IMG/VR virus record: IMGVR_UViG_3300044972_002389
Span: 124,001 to 188,000 of that record
Length of the DNA: 64,000 nt
Strand: one strand, 5' to 3'
Positions 16,532 to 24,743 of the stretch are shown in pieces (position 1 is the stretch's first letter; each line of letters starts with the position of its first letter). The translations under genes were made by a program, and so were the position numbers. The notes beneath the pieces are model-generated. The model worked only from the letters and a program-made list of their open reading frames with translations. It was not told the DNA's origin and did not search any database.

Positions 16532-16800
16532 CAAGTTCAAGATAACATTGAGTGCCCACACAAAGGGAGAACTCGAAGCTGTGAATCTATGGTGCCAACA
16601 GTTGTGGCCAGGTGAGTGCGGGACAGTATGGGACAGCGGATGGCCACTACCTACAACTTTTTTTTAGAGCAGGTGGCATCACTGCGTGGCGTTGCAGTTG
16701 GTGGTTGACACGCAGGGAAGATCATGCTATGTTCCTGTTGACATGGGCACATTTGGTAGAGCCGCCCCAGAATTACACAAGGTATCCTCAAAGTGAATAA
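16524..16800 (+). pseudogene. Trp-rich family member (unit 4) frameshifted at a T8 run (16658-16665)
   Basis: MNDKFKITLSAH...WCQQLWPG...PTTFF*; removing one T joins it to RAGG...LTRREDHAMFLLTWAHLV. Confidence 0.8.
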
Positions 16801-16812
16801 GGACAACAAACG

Positions 16813-17196
16813 ATGACCCCGGCACAGAAAATCAAACAGCGAATCCTTCTCGATCTTGTTAACCAGGGTTCACTCAGCATTGACCCTGCTGCTATCACAT
16901 CAGACAATGTGGACGAGCTTTACGAGGAGCAAGATGCCTGGGACATTGAGTGTGACTTTCGCCAAGGCGAAGTTGAAACTGGTATTCCCTGCGAATATTC
17001 CCGGCACTACGAAAGCCAGAGCGTGGCTGCCCAGATGGCAGATGGTTCCTGGGTAGGCTGGACCTACTGGTATGGTGGCGGCAAGCATGGTGAACCCGAA
17101 TCCATTCCTTGGATGAGCGAGGCCTACGAACTAGACGTCAAGGAAGAGGAGAAGTTGGTGATTGTTCAAACGTTCTCAAAGAAGGGAAAAGAATGA
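16813..17196 (+). CDS. conserved hypothetical phage protein
   Basis: AAGGA RBS; SVAAQMADGSWVGWTYWYGGGKHGEPE. Confidence 0.75.
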   Translation: MTPAQKIKQRILLDLVNQGSLSIDPAAITSDNVDELYEEQDAWDIECDFRQGEVETGIPCEYSRHYESQSVAAQMADGSWVGWTYWYGGGKHGEPESIPWMSEAYELDVKEEEKLVIVQTFSKKGKE

Positions 17197-17405
17197 ACCA
17201 GGATCTCAAAACTCGGCATATAGCACTGGCCTTGGCTCGAGCTGATGATGAATACCGTGGCTTTGAGCCTTTTCCGGAACCTCCCCTGGATGCTGATGCG
17301 GACTGGTATCATGATCACGTGGATGGATGGCCATGGTATAAGCACATGGCAGAAAGGCTGTTGACGCAACCCAACCTCTGTGCTATCCTACAAAACAATA
17401 CATGA
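17193..17405 (+). CDS. hypothetical protein
   Basis: ATGA overlap. Confidence 0.6.
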   Translation: MNQDLKTRHIALALARADDEYRGFEPFPEPPLDADADWYHDHVDGWPWYKHMAERLLTQPNLCAILQNNT

Positions 17406-17414
17406 GGTAAATCC

Positions 17415-17669
17415 ATGCAATACCTGCTCACCCAAGAAGAGTATGACGCACTCCGAGCTCGACAGGAGCATGAACTCAAGCTGAGTAGAGCCAAGCTTCA
17501 GAAACTCTGCACCAGGATTGCGGACACTATGCCTGTGAAGTGGGGATGGAGCAAGGACGAGGAAGCCAAGCCCTGGGGTTGTATCCACTCTCAGCAAGAA
17601 GAATGGTATTGCGATAGCTGTCCTGTGCAGGAAATCTGTCCTGAGCCCCACAAAGAGTGGAGCAAGTGA
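17415..17669 (+). CDS. hypothetical Cys-containing protein
   Basis: GAGG RBS; PWGCIH...YCDSCPVQEICP. Confidence 0.7.
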   Translation: MQYLLTQEEYDALRARQEHELKLSRAKLQKLCTRIADTMPVKWGWSKDEEAKPWGCIHSQQEEWYCDSCPVQEICPEPHKEWSK

Positions 17670-17926
17670 CAGCACTCCTACTCACCATCGCACTGGTCAC
17701 AGGACTATGCTATCTGGTCAGCTTGTATCTGTCATTGTGGGTTGGTGTGTTTATGATCCTATGGATACTGTTCAGCATCGGCTGGTTTTTCCGAACCTGG
17801 GCAGTCAAGGACAAGGATGGCCCGGAAACCATGTTTGATCGGATAGTGATCTCAAGCATAATACCAGTTGCCATGCTGTTTGGATTTTTGAATAATCTCC
17901 TACAAAAAAGGTTGGGATTGCCCTGA
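17666..17926 (+). CDS. membrane protein
   Basis: Three hydrophobic segments; GTGA overlap. Confidence 0.7.
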   Translation: MTALLLTIALVTGLCYLVSLYLSLWVGVFMILWILFSIGWFFRTWAVKDKDGPETMFDRIVISSIIPVAMLFGFLNNLLQKRLGLP

Positions 17927-18195
17927 TGAAATCAGATATTATCAATCGCCTCACAGATCAAGCTGATGAGCATGCCAGTGACTATGTTGGCAGTCTACGC
18001 CAGCGTGGTCTTCAAGTGCTGCCCGAATACTACGAGCAAGCGTTCAGGAATAAGTTTGCTGAACTGATTGTGAGAGAATGTGCTGACATTGTGGACCGGA
18101 TGGATGAGGGTCGCAATGAATACTTCCAGCGACTGGACGGGACCAAGGTCGTCACCGGAGACGTATTGAAACACTATTTTGGTATCCGGGAATAA
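17926..18195 (+). CDS. hypothetical protein
   Basis: KFAELIVRECA motif common in phage small proteins. Confidence 0.65.
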   Translation: MKSDIINRLTDQADEHASDYVGSLRQRGLQVLPEYYEQAFRNKFAELIVRECADIVDRMDEGRNEYFQRLDGTKVVTGDVLKHYFGIRE

Positions 18196-18200
18196 CCAAC

Positions 18201-18509
18201 ATGCTGTGCTATAACCCAGCCCACCCACACCATCACAATCAAACATTGTGGTGTGTGTATGGGTTTGAAAGCTTTCCTGAAATTATCTGCTGCAAGATTG
18301 TCCCCCATCCCGAGTTTGGGCCCATCATCTGGGGCTACAGCGTCTACCGGGGCGTGCCAGGGTTCCGCACGCTGGGCCAAAATGTCATCAACTGGCAGAG
18401 GGGATTGGAAGAGCGGTTTGGCCACACCATGTTTGAATTCTATACCACGCAAGAAGAGGCCTTGGAGAGGCTGCGGGAGCTTACCACCCCAGCGGCAGAG
18501 GCAGTGTGA
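18201..18509 (+). CDS. hypothetical protein
   Basis: ORF in a co-oriented run. Confidence 0.6.
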   Translation: MLCYNPAHPHHHNQTLWCVYGFESFPEIICCKIVPHPEFGPIIWGYSVYRGVPGFRTLGQNVINWQRGLEERFGHTMFEFYTTQEEALERLRELTTPAAEAV

Positions 18510-18512
18510 CTT

Positions 18513-18725
18513 ATGCACTTGATGCGCACCTGGCTGTTGAATCTCAGTGATGAAGAAATCACCCAGGCTATTGACAGTTGGTTTGATCGGGAGATTTGGG
18601 ATCAAACTCCCGACAAGCTGCGATGGATAGTGATTGATCTTGATCTCTACGAACAAGCCGTGCATTTGCAAAAGTGTAACTTTGATCGTGCATATGCCCA
18701 ACTCACCTGGAAAGGACCCAGCTAG
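18513..18725 (+). CDS. hypothetical protein
   Basis: ORF in a co-oriented run. Confidence 0.55.
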   Translation: MHLMRTWLLNLSDEEITQAIDSWFDREIWDQTPDKLRWIVIDLDLYEQAVHLQKCNFDRAYAQLTWKGPS

Positions 18726-19003
18726 TGCTCTATACCGTAGCTGTGAGTTATTTTGCCACAGGCGAGGGACATACCTTGAGCCTGTGGATTGGCGTTGCTA
18801 GAGACCCCCAGGATGCCCGAGAAAAGTTTCAGCAGGCTGTGCCCAATGGCAGTTTTTGGGTGCAGGGTGCAGAAACTTTTGAAGGTGTCAATCGTGAGCA
18901 TGTGGCATGCAAGTATCTGCTCACACCATTGGCACTCACAAATCTAGAGGATCCTCATTGCATGCGTGAGTTTTCTGCTCAGCTGCATTTCAACTACAGT
19001 TGA
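18725..19003 (+). CDS. hypothetical protein
   Basis: YFATGEG motif; coupled start. Confidence 0.65.
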   Translation: MLYTVAVSYFATGEGHTLSLWIGVARDPQDAREKFQQAVPNGSFWVQGAETFEGVNREHVACKYLLTPLALTNLEDPHCMREFSAQLHFNYS

Positions 19004-19028
19004 CATAGTGACAGACATGTGCTACTGT
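19000..19028 (+). promoter_or_regulatory. sigma70-type promoter
   Basis: TTGACA-N17-TACTGT preceded by TGC. Confidence 0.6.
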
Positions 19029-19054
19029 GCAAGCTGCACAATAAGGTGTGTTCA

Positions 19055-19261
19055 ATGTTTAGGATTGAAAAACGGCTCAGCAGTTTCTTCCGCAAAAACA
19101 GCTTGCGTGGTGCTCCATTCAAGCAATGGACCTTGCACAAAACCTATGACAGGCTAGCTGATGCAGTTCAAGCCTATGATACGATGATCTCCAAACCCGG
19201 ATACGGTATGAATTGGCGCATTGTATCTGGAGATACTGTAGTCAAACAAAAGAACAAATAG
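19055..19261 (+). CDS. hypothetical basic protein
   Basis: AAGGTG RBS before ATG. Confidence 0.6.
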   Translation: MFRIEKRLSSFFRKNSLRGAPFKQWTLHKTYDRLADAVQAYDTMISKPGYGMNWRIVSGDTVVKQKNK

Positions 19262-19374
19262 ACATGGTAGCCGTATTATGAATTGGGAAAGTTTGTTGTT
19301 CCTTCTGCTGAGCATGTTGTTTGCCAGCTTGGTTGTGTTGACCACATTATTCCCATAGCACAAGGATTGAAGAA

Positions 19375-19650
19375 ATGAGCCAAGACTTGGACGACGATTG
19401 GGATTGGGAAGAATTTTTCCGTCAATTTCCCTGTGGTGCGGCTGTGATTTTTGGTAACCATGTGGTGCATGCTGAGGGGTATCCTGAACCAGTCTCGGAC
19501 ATTGACGAAACTGAATTGCGCAAAGAGTTGGCAGAAGATCACGAGCTGGAACTGACCCTTCTCCGAGATTACTCAGTCATACGATTGGAAGGAGATAACT
19601 GGCGCCAGTTGATGCAGCAGTATGCAGGTGCAGATGGCACGCAGAAATAA
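19375..19650 (+). CDS. hypothetical acidic protein
   Basis: ORF in a co-oriented run. Confidence 0.65.
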   Translation: MSQDLDDDWDWEEFFRQFPCGAAVIFGNHVVHAEGYPEPVSDIDETELRKELAEDHELELTLLRDYSVIRLEGDNWRQLMQQYAGADGTQK

Positions 19651-19873
19651 GACGCCACAACGGATCAAACCCCGCCGAGGATGGCACCGCGTGGTGTTGC
19701 CCAATGTACCCAATCCTTGGCGTGAGTTACTGACGGGCATGCCATCAACTGTGTCAAAGATTGACGACTGGCTGGCAGAAAACACCTCTGGCAAATGTGA
19801 GCAGTTTCGCTACAACACATGGGACTTCAAACGCCAAGAAGATGCCCTGTTGTTTACCTTGACGTGGGGATAG
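19634..19873 (+). CDS. Trp-rich family member
   Basis: WLAENTS ... FKRQEDALLFTLTWG. Confidence 0.8.
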   Translation: MARRNKTPQRIKPRRGWHRVVLPNVPNPWRELLTGMPSTVSKIDDWLAENTSGKCEQFRYNTWDFKRQEDALLFTLTWG

Positions 19874-19874
19874 C

Positions 19875-20210
19875 ATGGAAATAAAAATCACCAAACAAAC
19901 TGTCCTTGCCCCTGTGCGTAAGTTGAGCGCAACTTGGACAATGGAAAAACCACAAACATTGAAACACACTGTGAGCGATGAGATCGAGCAACTTATCCAG
20001 GAAGAGATCAACAGTGAAATTTTAGCCGAAATATATCGAGTCCAAGGATGGTATCTTGTACCCCTCACTGCTCACAGCGTCTGGACAAAAGGCGCAGTGA
20101 CGCCATGGCTCTTGGAACATTACCCAGATGGTGGTTACTATCTCTTCACTGGTGGTTGCATGTTCCGGGACAAAGAGATGGCTGTGGAGTTTGAGCTCAC
20201 ATGGACATAA
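19875..20210 (+). CDS. Trp-rich family member with an N-terminal extension
   Basis: RKLSATWT N-terminal module; WLLEHYP ... FRDKEMAVEFELTWT. Confidence 0.75.
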   Translation: MEIKITKQTVLAPVRKLSATWTMEKPQTLKHTVSDEIEQLIQEEINSEILAEIYRVQGWYLVPLTAHSVWTKGAVTPWLLEHYPDGGYYLFTGGCMFRDKEMAVEFELTWT

Positions 20211-20413
20211 TACCCAAGTTCAGTTTCCTGCATCGTGTGGAATATCGGGATCTGCCCGAAGACCCGAGAGTTATGAACTATGGAGAATCTCGCACACAAA
20301 TGATCATATGGTGCTGGAAAAATCTTCCTTTGAGCGATTGGTCGCATGACCCCTTGGGTATTGATTTCAAGCATCAAGAAGGTCTCATGCAGTTTATGTT
20401 AACGTGGACATGA
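20201..20413 (+). CDS. Trp-rich family member
   Basis: WCWKNLP ... FKHQEGLMQFMLTWT. Confidence 0.8.
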   Translation: MDIIPKFSFLHRVEYRDLPEDPRVMNYGESRTQMIIWCWKNLPLSDWSHDPLGIDFKHQEGLMQFMLTWT

Positions 20414-20631
20414 TTGTTACCAAGTGCTTGCCCGGCGGTGGATGGTATGCCGAAGTCATGCTGGACGATAGTGAATGGCCACCAATTGATGAAAATGACC
20501 AATGGTTAGACAGACCCATTCGACGTTGGGTAAGAGAACACACTGAGGGAGCACATTTTTTCAGTTTTAGGGGAACAATACTGTTCAGTAACGAAAGTGA
20601 TCTCACAGCGTTTGTGGTCTCTTGGTCATAA
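20404..20631 (+). CDS. Trp-rich family member
   Basis: WVREHTE ... FSNESDLTAFVVSWS. Confidence 0.75.
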   Translation: MDMIVTKCLPGGGWYAEVMLDDSEWPPIDENDQWLDRPIRRWVREHTEGAHFFSFRGTILFSNESDLTAFVVSWS

Positions 20632-20879
20632 CACGTAGAGTGGCCCGCTTTTTGGAAAAGGAGAAGGATCCTCTCTACCCTTATCCGGTTGTGTTTGACA
20701 ACATGGAAGTCTCTGAGGCTGAAATACTTCGAGCCTGGCTAAGACAGCATGGTGGCCGAGAAAACGAGGATTGGGCTTGGACTCATGGATGGTGGGGAGA
20801 TACCGTTCACTGTTTTAGGTTTCGAGATCCTTGCACAGCAGAGTTTTTCCGCTTGACTTGGCACCCAACAAGCGTATAG
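20622..20879 (+). CDS. Trp-rich family member
   Basis: WLRQHGG ... FRDPCTAEFFRLTW. Confidence 0.75.
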   Translation: MVITRRVARFLEKEKDPLYPYPVVFDNMEVSEAEILRAWLRQHGGRENEDWAWTHGWWGDTVHCFRFRDPCTAEFFRLTWHPTSV

Positions 20880-21040
20880 TTGCAGTATGAAATACGACTC
20901 AGATATATGGTGTTGTGAGATTCTGCTGGCACGCTATCAGCAAGGATGTTTACAACATACCAATCTATCTTCTTGCCCTGATTTTTTGGTGAATTGGGCA
21001 GCACAATCTCAATTGTTTTGTAGGCAGTGGAAAACAAAAA

Positions 21041-21469
21041 ATGAACACCAATAATCCCAAAACTGTTTGGCACGAGGATGGAACCAGCCCAGTTCCTGGC
21101 TCGCGTGTATTTGTTTTTGGCAGCAATCTCGCTGGCATTCACGGTGCCGGAGCGGCCCGGGAGGCTGCCGCTAAATTTGGTGCCCTGTATGGTTGCGGCC
21201 ATGGCTGGCAACCTCTCAATCAAAGCTATGCCATTCCCACCAAGGACCGTCGAATCCACACCCTAGCTTTGGATGAGATCAAACTCTATATTGATGAATT
21301 TGTGCGACTCACACAAAGCCCGTTTGTTATGAATAGTGGTTATTGGGTCACCCGAGTGGGCTGTGGCCTAGCTGGTTACCAAGACCACGACATTGCACCA
21401 TTGTTCCGTGGCGCAGTAAATTGCAGTTTTCCTTTGCCTTGGCGCCAGTATTTGGAGCTTGAGACTTGA
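21041..21469 (+). CDS. A1S_2505-family phage non-structural protein (macro-like fold suspected)
   Basis: VFVFGSNLAGIHGAGAA...SYAIPTKD...VTRVGCGLAGY. Confidence 0.75.
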   Translation: MNTNNPKTVWHEDGTSPVPGSRVFVFGSNLAGIHGAGAAREAAAKFGALYGCGHGWQPLNQSYAIPTKDRRIHTLALDEIKLYIDEFVRLTQSPFVMNSGYWVTRVGCGLAGYQDHDIAPLFRGAVNCSFPLPWRQYLELET

Positions 21470-21774
21470 TTGACATAGCTTTTCCTAATAGCCGCATTGG
21501 GCACTACATGCGGGTCACAAAGAGGTCTGGAAAGTGGGTGATGCAACAAAGCTACATTGCACTGATTCACAAAATCGCCACCACCGAAGACTGCTATTAC
21601 CTTGACTTCTACAAAAGCCGAGATAATGCCACAATGCTGGAGTGGTGCCAAAACGCATGGGGTCCGCCAGAGGTTGGTGAAACATGGTGGCAAAAGCTCA
21701 CTGGGCAAGCTCAACTCACACTTGTGATACGTGGCGAAGAGCGTGTCACGCAATGGCAACTAACCTGGGAGTAA
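21466..21774 (+). CDS. Trp-rich family member
   Basis: WCQNAWG ... IRGEERVTQWQLTWE. Confidence 0.7.
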   Translation: MIDIAFPNSRIGHYMRVTKRSGKWVMQQSYIALIHKIATTEDCYYLDFYKSRDNATMLEWCQNAWGPPEVGETWWQKLTGQAQLTLVIRGEERVTQWQLTWE

Positions 21775-21778
21775 GCCA

Positions 21779-22066
21779 ATGAGCAGTGAATATCAGCATT
21801 TGAAAACTCTTGCATCGGAAATTTTCCGGCTGATGGGCGAGGAGAGTTTCACAGAGATAGACAGCATCTTGAGCAATATGCAGCCTACACTTCAAACAGA
21901 AGTAGAGATGGTGGCACTGCTACGCTACAGTTTTACAGCTCGGCATCATCTCACCTGTTACCATATCTATCTTGACGCAGTAGCACAGGAATTGCTGCGT
22001 CGTGGCAAAGATGTGGAGAGGATTTTGCAGGGACTGCCCTTCTACAGCATCGATAGGTATCCATGA
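21779..22066 (+). CDS. hypothetical protein
   Basis: ORF, ATGA-coupled to the next gene. Confidence 0.65.
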   Translation: MSSEYQHLKTLASEIFRLMGEESFTEIDSILSNMQPTLQTEVEMVALLRYSFTARHHLTCYHIYLDAVAQELLRRGKDVERILQGLPFYSIDRYP

Positions 22067-22329
22067 GTCAGCAGGCTGCGCAGACTAGGGAGGCACATTT
22101 GTTGAATCACCAACCAGTTGACTGGGCAGATGATGTGATGGGGTTTCCCTACGCAGTCGCATGCAAGGTCACAGTGGTGGATTTGTGGCTTCGAACCAAC
22201 TGGTGCAAGCAAAACATTGGCTGCTGGTTGGTAGATTGGACTCACACATATGATAACCACCGGCAGGTGTATTGGTACTGTTTCTCTAGTCAGGAGCAAT
22301 TGACACAGTTTCAACTCACATGGTGTTGA
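22063..22329 (+). CDS. Trp-rich family member
   Basis: WCKQNIG ... FSSQEQLTQFQLTWC. Confidence 0.8.
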   Translation: MSQQAAQTREAHLLNHQPVDWADDVMGFPYAVACKVTVVDLWLRTNWCKQNIGCWLVDWTHTYDNHRQVYWYCFSSQEQLTQFQLTWC

Positions 22330-22354
22330 ACGTTTCACAAGAAGGAAGGAACAG

Positions 22355-22597
22355 GTGATTCGTATGGTTTTGCAGAAAATTTATCAACAAAATCAATGGT
22401 ATGATAGCTTAAGTGGACATTACGTGCACCCCTACAAAGTTCCTGTTGTTTCTCACGCCCCAAGCGGTTGCATTCGCCCGGGACATCTATTGGGTTATAC
22501 TTTTCTCAGGCACTCCTATGTTCCTCTATCTCATGTGGGGCTTATGGCACTGTGGCGCTTTCCGTATGTGATCAAGAACAAGCGTCAGCAACGTTGA
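22355..22597 (+). CDS. hypothetical protein
   Basis: AAGGA RBS, GTG start. Confidence 0.45.
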   Translation: MIRMVLQKIYQQNQWYDSLSGHYVHPYKVPVVSHAPSGCIRPGHLLGYTFLRHSYVPLSHVGLMALWRFPYVIKNKRQQR

Positions 22598-22624
22598 CAC
22601 ACAACAACAATCCGTTACTATAAT
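22594..22624 (+). promoter_or_regulatory. sigma70-type promoter
   Basis: TTGACA-N16-TACTAT overlapping TATAAT. Confidence 0.7.
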
Positions 22625-22643
22625 ATTACAAAAGGAGACTACT

Positions 22644-23015
22644 ATGCGAATTCAGGTGCCATTCAAGCCAGGCTACCGTTTCTGGAGCCCGCGTGTGCTC
22701 CGTCGAAGCGAGCTGGTCACCATCACGCATGAGTGCAAGGAGTATTCTCGGCGAGAAGAAACTCTTGAGATCAGTGCCCGGCACAAGGAGATCACCAGTG
22801 TTGAAATCACACTGAACCAAACTGGTGAGTCCAAGTTTCGCTATTGGGCTGTGACTGTGGGAAAGACAATGGCTATACACACTCTTGTTGATCCCTATTC
22901 GGGATTCAGCAATGAGCAAGATGCAACAGAGTTCGCTCGTCTCTGGCGAGATACACAGAGCACTGAATATTTTGGTAGCCCAATTGGCGAGTGCCATGAT
23001 TACGACCATGAGTGA
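22644..23015 (+). CDS. hypothetical protein
   Basis: AAGGAG RBS. Confidence 0.75.
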   Translation: MRIQVPFKPGYRFWSPRVLRRSELVTITHECKEYSRREETLEISARHKEITSVEITLNQTGESKFRYWAVTVGKTMAIHTLVDPYSGFSNEQDATEFARLWRDTQSTEYFGSPIGECHDYDHE

Positions 23016-23208
23016 CGAAGTCATCAATTATGTGATTGCACGTCCTTGGGATACTCAAGAGCCCAACAATCTCTGCATCTATCACTTGCACAGTGAAGTG
23101 CATCGTGGCACAATAGAGGATGCAATGCTGACCTTGTCTCGTGTGCAACAGAGTAATCCTGGTTTTGAATATGAGGTATATGAGGTGTTTTACAGGAAGT
23201 TAAGTTGA
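23008..23208 (+). CDS. hypothetical protein
   Basis: Coupled ORF. Confidence 0.6.
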   Translation: MSDEVINYVIARPWDTQEPNNLCIYHLHSEVHRGTIEDAMLTLSRVQQSNPGFEYEVYEVFYRKLS

Positions 23209-23483
23209 TGGGTTGGTTTGATAACTGCACAAAGGTTTGTCTATCGGGCCAAATACCCTGTAACTGTGATTTCATGCCGGGTCAGCAGGTGTTTCTCACA
23301 AGCAAGGACAGAGATCGTCATGCTGAAGACTATGCAAGTAGGAAAACCAATTGGAGTGCGCCTTTTGAACCTTGGGTTGTGGAAACATGGCGCAGGTGTA
23401 GTGAAGCAACAGGCGCAGACAAAGTTGCCCAGAAAGTGCGTGACCGTTTGACCAACAGGCCTGTCTTTGCCAAACGACCTTAA
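23205..23483 (+). CDS. hypothetical protein
   Basis: Coupled ORF, Cys cluster. Confidence 0.55.
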   Translation: MMGWFDNCTKVCLSGQIPCNCDFMPGQQVFLTSKDRDRHAEDYASRKTNWSAPFEPWVVETWRRCSEATGADKVAQKVRDRLTNRPVFAKRP

Positions 23484-23763
23484 TACCTGCTGTATTTTTG
23501 AATTTCCTATGGGAGGTGTTACCAGCTGGGTAGTGCGGTTGCCCAACAGCACCAACGGCCACGAACCCCAAGTAGTCAATTGGCTAATTGAGAGATTTGG
23601 CATCGACGATCACGAATATTGGACAAAAATCTTCAACCAGAAGAGAGAGACGCCCAACAGCCTTTGGAAACGAGGCAGCATCTGCACCTATGTGTATCAG
23701 GAATACTGGTTCACCAACAGAGATGATGCATTTGAGACCTATTTGGTGTTCTCAAAAATTTAA
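23467..23763 (+). CDS. Trp-rich family member (divergent)
   Basis: WLIERFG ... FTNRDDAFETYLVF. Confidence 0.6.
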   Translation: MPNDLNTCCIFEFPMGGVTSWVVRLPNSTNGHEPQVVNWLIERFGIDDHEYWTKIFNQKRETPNSLWKRGSICTYVYQEYWFTNRDDAFETYLVFSKI

Positions 23764-23778
23764 ATTGAAAGGAAAATT

Positions 23779-24435
23779 ATGTTAGATACTATGGCAGATG
23801 TGATGCGCACAGCCTACGAGAGAGGTTGGATCACCACAAGAGACGGAAATGTAAGCATGCGACGAGCAGTACAAAACTGCATGTATATTACACCAACAGG
23901 AGTTCGCAAACAGGTTCTCACCAGCGAGAGCATGATCAAGCTGTATTTTCCTGAAGACCGGATGAGTTCAGATGCATGGAGCAGGATGACTCGTGCTGAT
24001 GACCTTTACCAACAGCGAATCATTGGCTTGCGTCCCAGTGGTGAACTGCCCTTCCACTATTGGCTACAAGTTAACACGCCTACTTCAAATCGTGTTGTGT
24101 TGCATCTTCATCCCACTCACATTGTGGCTGCAATGTATGCTGGTATGGATCTACAACAGATTGTACGTGATTTTCCTGAGCTTGAGAACCACACAACTGT
24201 AGGCCCAACTGTGGGCAAAGTACAAGCGCAAAGCACAGATCTTGGCTCAGCTGTTGCCCAAGCTTTTGATGTGCAACCTGATGGAGGCATCAATAGCCAC
24301 ATAATTGGGTTGCACATGCATGGCGTAGTAGCAGTGGATGTGGATCCTTGGTCAGCCTATGGTCACATCGAGAGATTGAACCATGTGTGTGAGATTGTGT
24401 TGGCTGCTGGAGGAATGCGTGACCAAACCCGTTGA
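23779..24435 (+). CDS. Class II aldolase/adducin-family protein
   Basis: DGNVSMR, ITPTG, PSGELPFH, VVLHLHPTH, HGVV. Confidence 0.88.
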   Translation: MLDTMADVMRTAYERGWITTRDGNVSMRRAVQNCMYITPTGVRKQVLTSESMIKLYFPEDRMSSDAWSRMTRADDLYQQRIIGLRPSGELPFHYWLQVNTPTSNRVVLHLHPTHIVAAMYAGMDLQQIVRDFPELENHTTVGPTVGKVQAQSTDLGSAVAQAFDVQPDGGINSHIIGLHMHGVVAVDVDPWSAYGHIERLNHVCEIVLAAGGMRDQTR

Positions 24436-24715
24436 GCATGACCTCAACTCACTACCCCTTGGTCAAATCCACGAGGCCATGATTTGGTTTTACGACACAT
24501 ATGATGTACGAGAAGCTGAGGCTGACAAGTCTACTGGCGTAATAAACGTTAAACTGCCTATTGACAACTTCTCTGAGGTGGCACTGACTTTGCACGAGCT
24601 GTGGCAGGAAACCTTCCTGCGCAGCCAGCACAGTGATCTCAAGGACGAGTATCAACGCTATGAAAGTTTGCGTCTGTTGATCAAAAGCTTGACTGAAAAA
24701 ACAATTCGCGTATAA
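24419..24715 (+). CDS. hypothetical protein
   Basis: GGAGG RBS, GTG start. Confidence 0.6.
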   Translation: MTKPVEHDLNSLPLGQIHEAMIWFYDTYDVREAEADKSTGVINVKLPIDNFSEVALTLHELWQETFLRSQHSDLKDEYQRYESLRLLIKSLTEKTIRV

Positions 24716-24716
24716 C
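24689..24716 (+). promoter_or_regulatory. sigma70-type promoter
   Basis: TTGACT-N16-TATAAC. Confidence 0.6.
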
Positions 24717-24743
24717 AAGACAACACTGCACTCAGGAAGCATC

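Larger units (their letters stand above)
15981..16758 (+). repeat. Four ~40-bp diverged direct repeats at the 3' ends of the array genes (starts 15981, 16231, 16460, 16720)
   Basis: GATCTCACCATGTTCCTGCT identical in copies 1 and 2; consensus GATCtcacCATGTTccTgcTgACnTGGgnnCAtTTGGT. Confidence 0.8.

Noticed and set aside
15981-16758. Array repeats as a CRISPR array or DGR template/variable repeats
   Set aside because: The repeats are coding, degenerate and about 250 bp apart; differences are not adenine-specific; no cas or reverse transcriptase gene is in the window.
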